Shown here piece by piece: positions 45,169-55,528 of a DNA stretch of 64,000 bases; the stretch's first letter is position 1; the number at the start of each line of letters is the position of its first letter. The stretch lies in NCBI GenBank assembly GCA_035627515.1, contig DASPLQ010000012.1, forward strand, positions 842,331-906,330, in the 5' to 3' direction. The notes under the pieces were generated by a model that did no database searches, was not told where the DNA came from, and saw nothing but the letters and a program-made list of their open reading frames with translations. This DNA comes from Vitreimonas sp. (GTDB taxonomy: Bacteria > Patescibacteriota > Microgenomatia > UBA1400 > PJMF01). A program made the translations under genes and the position numbers.

Positions 45169-46947
45169 ATGTTGAAGCAAGTTGCTGTTTATTTAGTGCT
45201 GGCTGTGATTTTTTTGGCGTCTTCGTGGTCATTACTTCATAGTAGCTTTTTCCGCATCCATGACTATGTGCACGCAGCGCGGATTGTAGAGATGTCCAAG
45301 GCGGTGCAAGAAGGTCACATCCCACCCCGGTGGAGTGCTAACTTTGGTTATGGATACGGCATGCCACTGTTTGAATTCTATGCACCTTTGCCTTATTTTG
45401 CGGGGGCGTTGTTGTATATAGCTGGTGTACCCATGATCACGACATTGAAGATTTTGTTCGCCGGGTGTTCATTACTGACGATGATTGGGGCTTACTATTT
45501 AGGGCGAAAATTGTATGGCAGGAGTAGTGGGTTGGTAGTAGCGGCAGCTCTGACCTTGGCGCCGTATCGCTCAGTGAACTTATTTGTGCGTGGTGCCTTA
45601 TCAGAAGCATGGGGTATCATGGCCTTACCGTGGATTTTACTCGGTATCATTAAAGTTATTCGCAACGAAGACAAAGGATGGTTGATTTTAGTCAGTGGCT
45701 TAGTAGTGTTGATGTTGAGTCATAACATCACCACCTTGTTATTTGTCCCTCTCAGTGTGATCTTTGCTGTCGGTTATTGGTTGATTTGGAACTGGTCGCA
45801 ATTGAGTGCTAAAGAGAGTTGGCGCAATATTTTTTCGCGCCCAAAATTGCAGCAGCTCCCGTTATTAGCCGGATCATATTTAATGGCCATCGGTGTGAGC
45901 GCTTTTTATTTGTTTCCAGCTTTGGCAGAGAAAAATTTCACCCAAGTGGAGCAGATTTTTGGTGGTTACTTTCATTACTCTCACCACTTTTTGTATATTC
46001 GCCAATTCCTGAAACCCTTTTGGGGTTATGGCGGCTCTGAGTGGGGACCCAATGATGGCATTTCGTTTTTCTTTGGTTGGGGACAGCTAGTGGGGTTATT
46101 AATTGCGGGGATGGTGATGGGGAGAGAGAGTTTATTATGGCTAAAATCTAAATTCCAAAACACACATTCCAAAAAATCTACCATTCAATCTTTGGGATTT
46201 GGAGCTTGGGTATTTGTGATTGCTCTTTCCCTCATGGCCTTTGCCTGTTTCATGAGTTTATTGCGCTCCAAATTTATTTGGGATGCAATTCCTTTTTTGG
46301 CATTTGTGCAGTTTCCATGGCGGTGGTTAGCAGTTGCTATCACCTTTTTAAGTGTAGCCATGGTCAGTGGTTTGGCGAGTTTGCGTTTTGAGAAAGTTCG
46401 CTGGGGGCTGTCTGCGTTGGTGATTGTTATTATCATTGCAGCTAATTGGTCATACTTCAAACCAGAGTCATATTTAGATGACCCGACAGAATTTTATTAC
46501 ACTGATCCAGCTTTGATCCGGGCTCAAATGAGCTCAATTCTTCCTGATTATATCCCCCAAGCTATGGGTAAACTTGAAAAGCCTCCAGAGGTACCTTTCT
46601 TATTACCTTTAGGTTTAGATAAAGAAGTAAGTACGCTCATCGATCGTGGTCATGAAAAGTTGTATAAAACTACTTTTGCCCACGAAACAAAATTGAGCTT
46701 ATCGCTGGCGGACTTTCCAGGCTGGCAATTTGAGATCGATGGTCAGTCAGCTCCCAAAGTGCCTGGAGATGTAGCCGGCACCTTAGCCGTGATGGTGCCC
46801 GCTGGCGAACACTTGGTAGGAGTACAGTTTGGTGGTACACCTGTCAGAAACATCTCTGATATAGTGAGTGCCTTGAGTTTAGTGCTCGTTTTGTATTGTT
46901 TACTGCCCGTCGCTGCTCAATCAAAAGACCGCCATGCCAAAGCTTAA
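45169..46947 (+). CDS. Polytopic membrane protein (592 aa), GT-C-like glycosyltransferase candidate
   Basis: ~13 TM segments; first loop HDYVHAARIVEMSKAVQEGHIPPRWSANFGYGYGMPLFEFYAPLPY. SD GAGG upstream. Confidence 0.45.
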   Translation: MLKQVAVYLVLAVIFLASSWSLLHSSFFRIHDYVHAARIVEMSKAVQEGHIPPRWSANFGYGYGMPLFEFYAPLPYFAGALLYIAGVPMITTLKILFAGCSLLTMIGAYYLGRKLYGRSSGLVVAAALTLAPYRSVNLFVRGALSEAWGIMALPWILLGIIKVIRNEDKGWLILVSGLVVLMLSHNITTLLFVPLSVIFAVGYWLIWNWSQLSAKESWRNIFSRPKLQQLPLLAGSYLMAIGVSAFYLFPALAEKNFTQVEQIFGGYFHYSHHFLYIRQFLKPFWGYGGSEWGPNDGISFFFGWGQLVGLLIAGMVMGRESLLWLKSKFQNTHSKKSTIQSLGFGAWVFVIALSLMAFACFMSLLRSKFIWDAIPFLAFVQFPWRWLAVAITFLSVAMVSGLASLRFEKVRWGLSALVIVIIIAANWSYFKPESYLDDPTEFYYTDPALIRAQMSSILPDYIPQAMGKLEKPPEVPFLLPLGLDKEVSTLIDRGHEKLYKTTFAHETKLSLSLADFPGWQFEIDGQSAPKVPGDVAGTLAVMVPAGEHLVGVQFGGTPVRNISDIVSALSLVLVLYCLLPVAAQSKDRHAKA

Positions 46948-48433
46948 CCAAACCGCTATCGATACTACTTTAGACGCCGAAGAAGCCTTAACTACCCAAG
47001 AGTTGCATACTATCAAAAAGCGATCTATTGCCGGAGTGATTTCTTTTTTCTTTCGCGGCATCGTCATTACGCTGATTGGCATAGTGGCCTCAGGTGTACT
47101 GAGCGCATATTTATCCCCAGCTGACTTTGGAGTTTTTGGATTGGTGACTCAGATTATTGCCCTGCTGACCTTTTTTTCTGATATTGGTTTAGCTGCTTCC
47201 TTAATTCAAAAAAAAGATGAACCAACCGAAGCCGAGTACCGGACAGCTTTCACTGTCCAGCAATTATTAGCCTGGGTGATTTTTGCGATCGCGCTAATGT
47301 TAGTAGCCAGTGGGGTGGTGCAGCCTAAGATTGGCACCGCTGGTGCGTGGGTGCTGCTCAGCTTAGCTTTTTCGTTTCCCTTAGCGACATTCAAAACTAT
47401 TTCGCACCTCAAGCTTGAGCGGCGACTAGAATTTGGCAAAGCGGTTTTGCCTCAGGTTTTTGAGCAACTCATTTTTAATGTCTTACTGATTGTCTTGGCT
47501 TGGAGAGGGATGGGGGTCATGGCCTACACCTACGCGATCTTAGCCCGGTCGGTAGTGGGTATAGTCGCTATTCAATACTTGATGCCTTGGCAACCAGCTT
47601 TGGCATGGGAACAATCAGTCTTAAAAAATCTCTTGAGTTTTGGGGCTAAATTTCAAATTAATGATTTCTTAGCACGTGTCAAAGATTCTTTATTTTATTT
47701 AGTGTTGGGCATTTATTTACCGCTCGATCAGTTTGGGTATATTCAATGGGGGAAAAATTGGTCGCAGTATCCGTACACCTTGACTGTCCAGCACATTACA
47801 GCGGTGACCTTTCCCACCTTTGCCCGGTTGCAAGGAAGCAAGCCGGCTTTGGCACGGGCTATTGAAAAAACCTTATTTTTTATTTCACTGGTCATTTTCC
47901 CGATCTTAGTGGGGATGTGTGTCTTTATTTTTCCCTTAGTAGTTTTAGTGCCTGATTATCATAAGTGGCAGCCGGCTTTATTAAGCTTTGTGTTGTTCTG
48001 TTTATCAATTGGTTGGGGTGCCATTTCCACGCCGTTAACTACGACTTTGAATGCCATTGGAGAAATTAATAAAACTCTTAAATTGATGATTATGTGGACG
48101 AGCTTGACCTGGATTTTAACTCCAGTGGGCATTTACCTGTATGGATACAATGGCGTGGCCATAGCTGCCTTTGTGATCGCTTTCACTTCGGTGGCGCCTA
48201 TGTATTATGTGGCTCAGATTCTGCCGGTCAAAATTTGGGAACAGGTTTGGCGGCAGTTGACCGCAGCCAGTGTGATGGGCTTGGTGGGGTGGATTGGTTT
48301 AGAGTGGTGGCAACAAAGCTTACAGATGATGGTAGTTGGTATGGCTACAGTTGGTAGTTCATATATACTCACCATCGCCGTGGTGGGTAAAGATAAACTG
48401 TGGGCGGAAATCAAAAGTTTACGTAAAGTCTAG
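46934..48433 (+). CDS. Wzx-like polysaccharide/oligosaccharide flippase (MOP superfamily)
   Basis: 499 aa, ~14 TM segments. N-terminal region KKRSIAGVISFFFRGIVITLIGIVASGVLSAYLSPADFGVFGLV is typical of the Polysacc_synt family. Confidence 0.7.
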   Translation: MPKLNQTAIDTTLDAEEALTTQELHTIKKRSIAGVISFFFRGIVITLIGIVASGVLSAYLSPADFGVFGLVTQIIALLTFFSDIGLAASLIQKKDEPTEAEYRTAFTVQQLLAWVIFAIALMLVASGVVQPKIGTAGAWVLLSLAFSFPLATFKTISHLKLERRLEFGKAVLPQVFEQLIFNVLLIVLAWRGMGVMAYTYAILARSVVGIVAIQYLMPWQPALAWEQSVLKNLLSFGAKFQINDFLARVKDSLFYLVLGIYLPLDQFGYIQWGKNWSQYPYTLTVQHITAVTFPTFARLQGSKPALARAIEKTLFFISLVIFPILVGMCVFIFPLVVLVPDYHKWQPALLSFVLFCLSIGWGAISTPLTTTLNAIGEINKTLKLMIMWTSLTWILTPVGIYLYGYNGVAIAAFVIAFTSVAPMYYVAQILPVKIWEQVWRQLTAASVMGLVGWIGLEWWQQSLQMMVVGMATVGSSYILTIAVVGKDKLWAEIKSLRKV

Positions 48434-48434
48434 G

Positions 48435-50225
48435 TTAATCTTTAGTCAGTAATGCCCGACAGAACTCAGGTGTATCTAACTTTTCTACTTGTAGATGTTT
48501 CAGATCAGTAATTTGGCTAAAACCTTGCATGGTTTCTGTACTACACAGCTGATCATTATAAACTTTATAAATGGCGCCACTGTCAAACAGCGAAGGGATA
48601 TTTGTGACGCTGATGGCAGTAGGTACGTCAGCTTTAGTGCCACTATTACAAAATGTATTACTGGCTTCAGAAATAATGGTGGTAGTATCATTTAGTTGGG
48701 TGAGATCAATACAATCAGTCACAAATCGTACGTTGCCCAATTGGTATGAGTGATCACTCATTGTTTGCTGAATAGCTGGCATATTGTCTGCCGTAATTAA
48801 ACGATTAAAAAATAAATAACTATTGAAACGAAACTCAGACTCATCGCCGAGGACAATGAACCGGTGCTGAGGATGATCCTTTTGTACCCGCGCCACGTAG
48901 TTATTGACCACGCGCTCTGCCAAAGCACTGCCCTTGGTACTAATGATTGGGTAACGGACCCAGTATTGGTACTGAAACCACACCACGCAGCCACTATAAA
49001 TCAATACAATGCCTGCAAAGAGCCACAGTTTTTTATGATTGCGTAGTAACTCCAAGCCTAATGCTGCTAACATAATCAGTAAGGGAAAAAGGAATGATGA
49101 GCGGAACATGATCCATGAATCTAGTGAATTCACAGCCGAAGGCAAGGGTGCAATTAAAATTAAGGCTGTAATGAAGTAAGCTTGTGGACGCCACTTGGTG
49201 ACATGCCATACATAAAATAAACCGGCGCCAATTAACAAAATATCTATAGGATAAAAAATGCCAGCCGTCCACACTGAGAAAGGGTTGCGGACATTTTCAC
49301 CTGTTAAAAACAGATGATAAGGCTCAAAAGCCCGTGCATACTTTAATAATAATTGATAACCAATAACGGTCGCTTTATTAGAGAATAAGGTATTGAGTGG
49401 TGAAACTAGTGATAACCGGCGTTCTTCATTCACTAAACTGCTGACGTAATCTTCATTAAAAAAGATCATGTCACCAACACGCTGGCTGGCTGATTGTGAA
49501 GCTAAATTGGCGATATACCATAAGAAAATAGCTGCACAACACAGCACGATCAATAAGTCCGGTAAATAATTACTCAACTGAGTTTTTAATTTATTCCAAC
49601 TGAGTTTTTTAATACTGATGGCAGTAATCGCTTCTCGACAGTCATAAACTAAAGTGATGGCAATAAGCGCAGGGAAAATAATTTTCAAACCTTGATATTG
49701 AAAAAAGCCGAGTATTAATAAAGGTAGAGCCCACAGTTTGTGCCACTTGGGAGCTGCTAGCCACACATAAATGCCACTGAAATAGAAAAATAAACTAAAA
49801 ATGGCATCGAAGCTGAGGCGGGAAAATTGAAACAGCCAGGGATTAAGTACCGCTAACACTGCCGTAGTTAAAGCCACGGATTTATTTTTGAAGAGGTGGT
49901 AAGAAAGCCCAGCTAAAATAAAGGGTAACAATGAACCGATGATTGCCTGAGCAGCACGAGCTGCAACAAGCGGGTCAGAAATGATCACCGCGGCCGGGGC
50001 CATCACTGTCGCTGGGAGCTCGGCATACAAAATATGGGCTGGCCGAAAGTGCCACGGACGCCAAGTGCCAGTGAGATCGCTGCCGCTGACGGCGATGCTT
50101 TGGGCTTGGGCTGCATAAATGATTTCGTCGTGAACCACGGTAGCAGGGATACTACCTAACTGCCAGAAACGCATCACTACGGCGACGACCCACAAACCTA
50201 GCCACAAAAGCGTCTCTTTTTTCAT
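48435..50225 (-). CDS. PMT/ArnT-family (GT39/83-like) phospholipid-carrier-dependent glycosyltransferase
   Basis: First periplasmic loop VVHDEIIYAAQAQSIAVSG, a DE motif. Multi-TM; 596 aa. Confidence 0.65.
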   Translation of the reverse strand: MKKETLLWLGLWVVAVVMRFWQLGSIPATVVHDEIIYAAQAQSIAVSGSDLTGTWRPWHFRPAHILYAELPATVMAPAAVIISDPLVAARAAQAIIGSLLPFILAGLSYHLFKNKSVALTTAVLAVLNPWLFQFSRLSFDAIFSLFFYFSGIYVWLAAPKWHKLWALPLLILGFFQYQGLKIIFPALIAITLVYDCREAITAISIKKLSWNKLKTQLSNYLPDLLIVLCCAAIFLWYIANLASQSASQRVGDMIFFNEDYVSSLVNEERRLSLVSPLNTLFSNKATVIGYQLLLKYARAFEPYHLFLTGENVRNPFSVWTAGIFYPIDILLIGAGLFYVWHVTKWRPQAYFITALILIAPLPSAVNSLDSWIMFRSSFLFPLLIMLAALGLELLRNHKKLWLFAGIVLIYSGCVVWFQYQYWVRYPIISTKGSALAERVVNNYVARVQKDHPQHRFIVLGDESEFRFNSYLFFNRLITADNMPAIQQTMSDHSYQLGNVRFVTDCIDLTQLNDTTTIISEASNTFCNSGTKADVPTAISVTNIPSLFDSGAIYKVYNDQLCSTETMQGFSQITDLKHLQVEKLDTPEFCRALLTKD

Positions 50226-50227
50226 GA

Positions 50228-51982
50228 TTGCCTATGTTGTATCATGCATCAGCACAAAACTCTATGTTAGCTTTTTTGTCTTCGCTGCGACGTGAATGGA
50301 AATCAAGTCTAGTTCTACTAGCTATTGTTATTTTCGCCTTTGGTATCCGATTATTACAGTTAGATCAAGCTCCTAAAGGAGCCTTGATTGATGAAGCCCA
50401 CTTTGGCTATTTAGCCTACTCACTCTTAGAAACTGGTAAAGACGAGCATGGGGTGTCCTGGCCGATTATTTTCAAAGGTTTTGGTGACCAAAAGTTACCT
50501 GGGTATGGGTACGCATTGTTACCGTTTGTGAAGGTATTGGGTTTATCGACATTTACCATCAGAATTCCTTCCTTATTAGCCGGGACATTTTTAGTCTTAG
50601 CAGTGTACTTACTAATTAAAGAATTACGCTTAGATACCCGATGGGCTTTATTTGGTGCCTTTGTGACTGCTGTCGCTCCCTGGTCATTTTTTCTGAGTCG
50701 CATGGGCTTTGAATCTAACCTCGCCCTCGTTTTTTGGGTTTTTGGGCTGTGGGCGGTGGTGCGGGCTGTAAACCTAAAAACTAAAACCGGCTGGTGGATA
50801 ACGGCCGCAATTTTAATCGCTTTGACTTGGTATTGTTATATAGCGTATCGCCCGGTGACGGTGGCAGTAGTGGGAGCATTTTTACTTACCGCTTGGTGGC
50901 TGAAGCAAATTACTTGGCAAAAAATTGCTGTGTTTGGGGTCAGCTTTGTGATTGCGGTTTTCCCTTTATTCTTACCCTCAGCAATCGGGAGCAATGCCAC
51001 ACGTTTCAACCAGGTTGGATTATTTGCTGATCGCGGTTTGACCGCCGAAATCAATGAAAATCGCACCTTTTGTGATTTTAAGTTGCCGCGTTTATTTTGT
51101 TATGCGATTTGGAATAAGGGAACTATTTTTTCACGGTTATTAATTGAGCGTTATATTTATACGTTTGCCCCTCAATATTTAGGTACCAAAGGTGAAGATG
51201 GTTTAATCTTTTTAACTGTCAAAGATTATGGCCAGTTTTATTTCGTACTCTATCCTTTTTTTATTTTAGGATTGTTGGCCTTAATTAATCCACCTAAAAA
51301 ATTTAATTTAGACTTACAAAATAAAGTATTATTAGGAGCCGGTTTAGCCTTTGCGCCCATTCCTACTATCTTAGTTGGCGAAGCCCAAAAAGTGAGAATT
51401 TCTTCGTTGTTTCCTTTTATTCTGATTATTATTGTCTTGGGAGTGTCTGTGTTTGTGACCTACCTCAAAAAAGAGTGGTTGCAAAAATTATTTTTGACGG
51501 GTTTGGTGAGCTTCATTATGATTAGTGCCGTGGCACACTTCGTGGCTTTTTTCACTGTTCATACCGTCAAGAATGATTACTACTATCAAACTTATTTACC
51601 CGACGCCTTTCAGTATCTTTCTGAATATGGCCGAGATACCGATATTATTATCAAACCGTTCTTTTCCGATCCATTGATGTTTTATGCTTATTACGCTAAG
51701 TTAGATCCCGCCTTTTATCAACAGAACGCAGTTTTGGGTGAACAAGAGCCTGGTGGTTTCCAACACACCATCAAGCTAGCTAATTACAGTGTGGAAGATA
51801 CGTCGCTCAAAACCGTTGCCTGCAAAGTGGCTAAAACTGGTAAACCCACTGTCTTTGTCAGTAATATTGAAGAAGATGGCGATTATAAATACACCGTGTA
51901 CTCTCTGAACGGCTCATTACGTTATATTTTTATTTATGATATTCAACGTTATTTAGCCAAACGCCCTGGCTTGTGTGAGTAA
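50228..51982 (+). CDS. PMT/ArnT-family glycosyltransferase (584 aa)
   Basis: LIDEAHFGYLAYSLLETGKDEHGVSWPIIFKGFGDQK is the canonical DE loop of PMT_2-type enzymes. The ORF track starts on TTG at 50228; the true start may be the ATG at 50234 or 50264. Confidence 0.7.
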   Translation: MPMLYHASAQNSMLAFLSSLRREWKSSLVLLAIVIFAFGIRLLQLDQAPKGALIDEAHFGYLAYSLLETGKDEHGVSWPIIFKGFGDQKLPGYGYALLPFVKVLGLSTFTIRIPSLLAGTFLVLAVYLLIKELRLDTRWALFGAFVTAVAPWSFFLSRMGFESNLALVFWVFGLWAVVRAVNLKTKTGWWITAAILIALTWYCYIAYRPVTVAVVGAFLLTAWWLKQITWQKIAVFGVSFVIAVFPLFLPSAIGSNATRFNQVGLFADRGLTAEINENRTFCDFKLPRLFCYAIWNKGTIFSRLLIERYIYTFAPQYLGTKGEDGLIFLTVKDYGQFYFVLYPFFILGLLALINPPKKFNLDLQNKVLLGAGLAFAPIPTILVGEAQKVRISSLFPFILIIIVLGVSVFVTYLKKEWLQKLFLTGLVSFIMISAVAHFVAFFTVHTVKNDYYYQTYLPDAFQYLSEYGRDTDIIIKPFFSDPLMFYAYYAKLDPAFYQQNAVLGEQEPGGFQHTIKLANYSVEDTSLKTVACKVAKTGKPTVFVSNIEEDGDYKYTVYSLNGSLRYIFIYDIQRYLAKRPGLCE

Positions 51983-52892
51983 CATGTCAAAACTCTCCCT
52001 CACTGCCCTTGTTCACACCAAAAACTCAGCTTCCACGTTGGAGAAGTGTTTAGAGTCTCTCCGGTTTGCCGATACGATTATCTTGGTAGACATGCACAGT
52101 GATGACGATACTCTCAAAATTGCGCGCCGTTATACAAAAAACATTTTTGAGTTTGAAGATGTAGGCTTTGTGGAACCGGCTCGGAACTTTGGATTAAGTA
52201 AAGTTGCTACCGACTGGGTGGTCATCGTCGATGCCGACGAAGAAGTTAGTGAAGATTTGGCGGGTGTGTTGAGTGAGATTGTGACTGGAAGGTATGGCTT
52301 GGCGGCCGACGCATATTATTTGCCGCGCAGAAATGTAATTTTTGAGCATGCTTTTGAGCACACCGGGTGGTGGCCAGACTATCAACTGCGATTATTTAAA
52401 AAGGGCGTCGTAACCTGGTCTGATAACATTCATGCCGTGCCACAGATTAAGGGCAAGTCTGAGAAATTACCAGCTCAAGAAAAAGGCGCTCTCATTCATC
52501 ACAATTATCAAACTATTGAGCAATATCTAGACCGCTTAAATCGCTATACGAGTATTACGGCACAGCAACAACAGGCAACCACTTTGACGAGTGAAGAAGT
52601 CTGGCAGTCGTTTTCAGGTCAATTCCTAGCGCGCTTTTTTGCTCAACAAGGCTATCGTGATGGAGTACATGGTTTATCACTCTCCCTTTTACAATCAATG
52701 TATCAACTGGTGACGCAACTCAAGCGTTGGCAAGCTCAAGGTTTTCCTAAAGCTGATATTACATCTCAAACTATGGCTGCCATCAGGAAATCCCAGCGAG
52801 AATTTAATTATTGGTTAGCTGACTACCAGGTGCAGCAAAGCTCAGGTCTGAGCCGTTTATATTGGCAGATCAGGCGGAAGTTGAAAGTTTAA
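51975..52892 (+). CDS. Family 2 glycosyltransferase (paralog of 54716..55528)
   Basis: SLTALVHTKNSASTLEKCLESL...IILVDMHSDDDTLKIA...VIVDADEE are GT-A motifs. Confidence 0.8.
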   Translation: MSNMSKLSLTALVHTKNSASTLEKCLESLRFADTIILVDMHSDDDTLKIARRYTKNIFEFEDVGFVEPARNFGLSKVATDWVVIVDADEEVSEDLAGVLSEIVTGRYGLAADAYYLPRRNVIFEHAFEHTGWWPDYQLRLFKKGVVTWSDNIHAVPQIKGKSEKLPAQEKGALIHHNYQTIEQYLDRLNRYTSITAQQQQATTLTSEEVWQSFSGQFLARFFAQQGYRDGVHGLSLSLLQSMYQLVTQLKRWQAQGFPKADITSQTMAAIRKSQREFNYWLADYQVQQSSGLSRLYWQIRRKLKV

Positions 52893-52897
52893 TCTCA

Positions 52898-53752
52898 TTA
52901 ATGAGGTAGCATTCGAGCTCGTAAGCCTTGCCACATTTTTTTCATTGAAGACAAGAGGTTTGTATAGGGTGATTCTTCAAATTTGATTTGCAAGGTGAGT
53001 AATTTTTTAAGAAATTTTTCTAGTTCATTAAATGAGATGTAGTCGTTTCCTTTGCGAGAAAAACCCATTACATCCCATTGCTCATAAAAATTCCTTAGTT
53101 CTTTTTTTACATCTGTTGAGATGTCATTTTGGTAAGGGTCGGTAGTGGCAAGGGTATGAAGTGTTTCTACCACCACACAAATGTTATGAGCAAATTCACT
53201 ATTATTGCTGAGCAATTCTTGAGTATTTATTGTGCCTTTTCGCTCTTTTAAGTTAATAGACTTATCAATATAGGGAGTTTTATTTACTAAATCTTTGACC
53301 GCGCCTAGGTCGACTTGCATAACCTGATATGACCAGCTTGAAGGCTTAGATTCATGAGGTACAAGTTTTATAAGTATGTTAAGAATATTTCGATCGATTA
53401 ATAAAATACCATAATTTTCTACTAATTCCCTCATCTGTTGCAGTGTTTTTATGGCTACTTCTATGTGGTCTTGGCCAGAAAAATGCAAAACCCGACCATC
53501 TTTATATATTTCCTTTTTTCTTAAGAGATCTGCCCATTGAAAGCCATGTACCTTTTCCACAGGGTAAACATCATACCCAGCTTCGAATTGTTCACCCCAG
53601 GCCTTGTCAATCTTAGTATCGGGCACAACTACTTGAGGAATGACACCAGGCACTACCTCACCAAGATGAAGCTGATTAACAAAGCGAGGATTTGAGTAAC
53701 TAGCCTCACCTTTCTCAAAGTGGATATCATTGACAGTTAATTTTTTTTCCAT
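52898..53752 (-). CDS. Hypothetical AT-rich protein with a protein-kinase-like catalytic-loop signature (speculative)
   Basis: ILLIDRNILNILIKL has D-x4-N spacing like the HRDLKPENIL catalytic loop, followed ~25 aa later by QVDLGAVKD, which resembles a DFG motif. Start taken at MEKKLTVND. Local GC ~33%. Confidence 0.4.
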   Translation of the reverse strand: MEKKLTVNDIHFEKGEASYSNPRFVNQLHLGEVVPGVIPQVVVPDTKIDKAWGEQFEAGYDVYPVEKVHGFQWADLLRKKEIYKDGRVLHFSGQDHIEVAIKTLQQMRELVENYGILLIDRNILNILIKLVPHESKPSSWSYQVMQVDLGAVKDLVNKTPYIDKSINLKERKGTINTQELLSNNSEFAHNICVVVETLHTLATTDPYQNDISTDVKKELRNFYEQWDVMGFSRKGNDYISFNELEKFLKKLLTLQIKFEESPYTNLLSSMKKMWQGLRARMLPH

Positions 53753-53791
53753 TATTAACCATATTCTAGCCCTTTCAGGTATAATACGTCT

Positions 53792-54706
53792 ATGGATCAT
53801 ATTTCCATTGTCATTGTTCATTACAACACCGATAAAGATACGCGTGAGTGTTTGCAGTCATTAGCGAAAATTGAGACACGTGGTTTCAATTATTCAGTAG
53901 TTGTGGTTGATAACGCATCAAAAAAACCTTTGCATCTCCCGCAACAAGTTTTGAACAAAAATATTGAAGTCTTGCGCAGTGAGTCTAATTTGGGTTTCAC
54001 AGGCGGCAATAATTTGGGTATTAAGTATGCCGTCGAAAAATATAACTCTGAGTTTGTGTTGTTATTAAACAGCGATACATTAGTAGCTCCAGAGTTTCTA
54101 TCTGAGTTGTATACCTGCGCTAAAAACAGTTCCAAGCGTGGCATCACAGTGCCCAAAATTTACTTTGCTAAAAACTATGAATTTCACCAAGATAGTTACA
54201 CTGCCACACAAAAGGGAAATGTACTATGGTTTGCGGGCGGTACGATTGATTGGACCACTCTCTCAGCATTTCACCGTGGCGTAGACGAGGTTGATCGCGG
54301 GCAGTTTAATCACTCCACAGACACTGACTTTGCCACGGGTTGTTGTATGCTCATTGCCCGTGAGGTACTGGAAACGATTGGTGGTTTTGATAATCGTTAT
54401 TTTCTGTATTTAGAAGACGTTGACCTGAGTATGCGAGCACGCCTCAACGGTTTTTCAGTCACTTTTTGTCCCAGTTCTCAAGTCTGGCATAAAAATGGGG
54501 GTTCCAGTGGTGGGTCGGGTTCTATTTTGCAACAGTACTATTTAGTTCGTAACAGGGTTTGGTTTGCATTTCGCTATGCTTCATGGCGAATTAAGTTAAC
54601 CACCATCAGATATGCTGCCCAGCTACTTTGGAGTGGCAATACTATCGAACGACGCGCTATGATAGATGTACTCTTTGGTCGCTTAGGTAAGCAACCAATT
54701 TTATAA
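53792..54706 (+). CDS. Family 2 glycosyltransferase
   Basis: ISIVIVHYNTDKDTRECLQSL...VVVVDNASK...LLLNSDTLV...YLEDVDLSMR are GT-A DxD-type motifs. Confidence 0.85.
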   Translation: MDHISIVIVHYNTDKDTRECLQSLAKIETRGFNYSVVVVDNASKKPLHLPQQVLNKNIEVLRSESNLGFTGGNNLGIKYAVEKYNSEFVLLLNSDTLVAPEFLSELYTCAKNSSKRGITVPKIYFAKNYEFHQDSYTATQKGNVLWFAGGTIDWTTLSAFHRGVDEVDRGQFNHSTDTDFATGCCMLIAREVLETIGGFDNRYFLYLEDVDLSMRARLNGFSVTFCPSSQVWHKNGGSSGGSGSILQQYYLVRNRVWFAFRYASWRIKLTTIRYAAQLLWSGNTIERRAMIDVLFGRLGKQPIL

Positions 54707-54715
54707 CCCTGCTTT

Positions 54716-55528
54716 ATGACACCTAGTCTCACCGCCATTGTCATTGCTCGAAATGAAGAAAGCATGATTGCTAACTGCTTAGAAACGTTGCGGTGGTGCG
54801 ATGAGATTATTGTCATTAACAACGACTCCAGTGATGCGACTGTTAGTATTGCTCATCGCTCGGGGGCTCGAGTGATTACGCTCAGCGGTGGGTTTGCTGA
54901 ACTGCGGACAGAGGGCTTAAAACGTGCCAAGACTGATTGGTTATTGTATATAGATGCTGACGAGCGTGTCACACCGGCGTTAGCTGCCGAAATTCGCGAG
55001 ACCATCGGTATGCCCGCGCACCCTGCCTATGCCATTGGCCGGACTAATGTTTTATATGGTCAGCATATGCAACACGGTGGCTGGAATCAAGATCAGGTAG
55101 TGCGCTTATTTAACAGAGCAACCTTACAAGGATGGGATGGGGAAATACATGAACATGCTGTAGTGACTGGTTCGACGGGCGAACTGCAACAATCTTTAAT
55201 TCACTTCACTCATCGAGATGTGATCAGTGGGCTTAAAAAAACAATTGAATGGACACCGATCGAGGCTACGTTGTTAGCCAACTCGAAAATTCCTCCTGTG
55301 ACCTTATGGACGCTACTGCGTAAAGGTGGCATGGAAGTTTTTCGGCGGGCTATACGCGAAAAAGGTTACAAAGATGGTTTGGCAGGCTGGATTGAAGCTC
55401 TCATTCAAGGAATGAATCGGATGCTGGTTTATATTCAAGTTTGGGAGTTACAGCAAAAACCATCTCTAAGTGAACAATACCAACATCATGAGACAGCGAT
55501 TGCTCGATTGTGGAAAAATGCTAAATGA
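54716..55528 (+). CDS. Family 2 glycosyltransferase (paralog of 51975..52892)
   Basis: LTAIVIARNEESMIANCLETLRWCDEIIVINNDSSDAT...LYIDADERV. Ends with a TGA stop overlapping the next start (ATGA). Confidence 0.8.
   Translation: MTPSLTAIVIARNEESMIANCLETLRWCDEIIVINNDSSDATVSIAHRSGARVITLSGGFAELRTEGLKRAKTDWLLYIDADERVTPALAAEIRETIGMPAHPAYAIGRTNVLYGQHMQHGGWNQDQVVRLFNRATLQGWDGEIHEHAVVTGSTGELQQSLIHFTHRDVISGLKKTIEWTPIEATLLANSKIPPVTLWTLLRKGGMEVFRRAIREKGYKDGLAGWIEALIQGMNRMLVYIQVWELQQKPSLSEQYQHHETAIARLWKNAK

Noticed and set aside
53776-53791. TATAAT box 6 nt upstream of the GT2 start at 53792 (possible leaderless transcript)
   Set aside because: A single hexamer in AT-rich DNA; cannot be supported without transcription start-site data.
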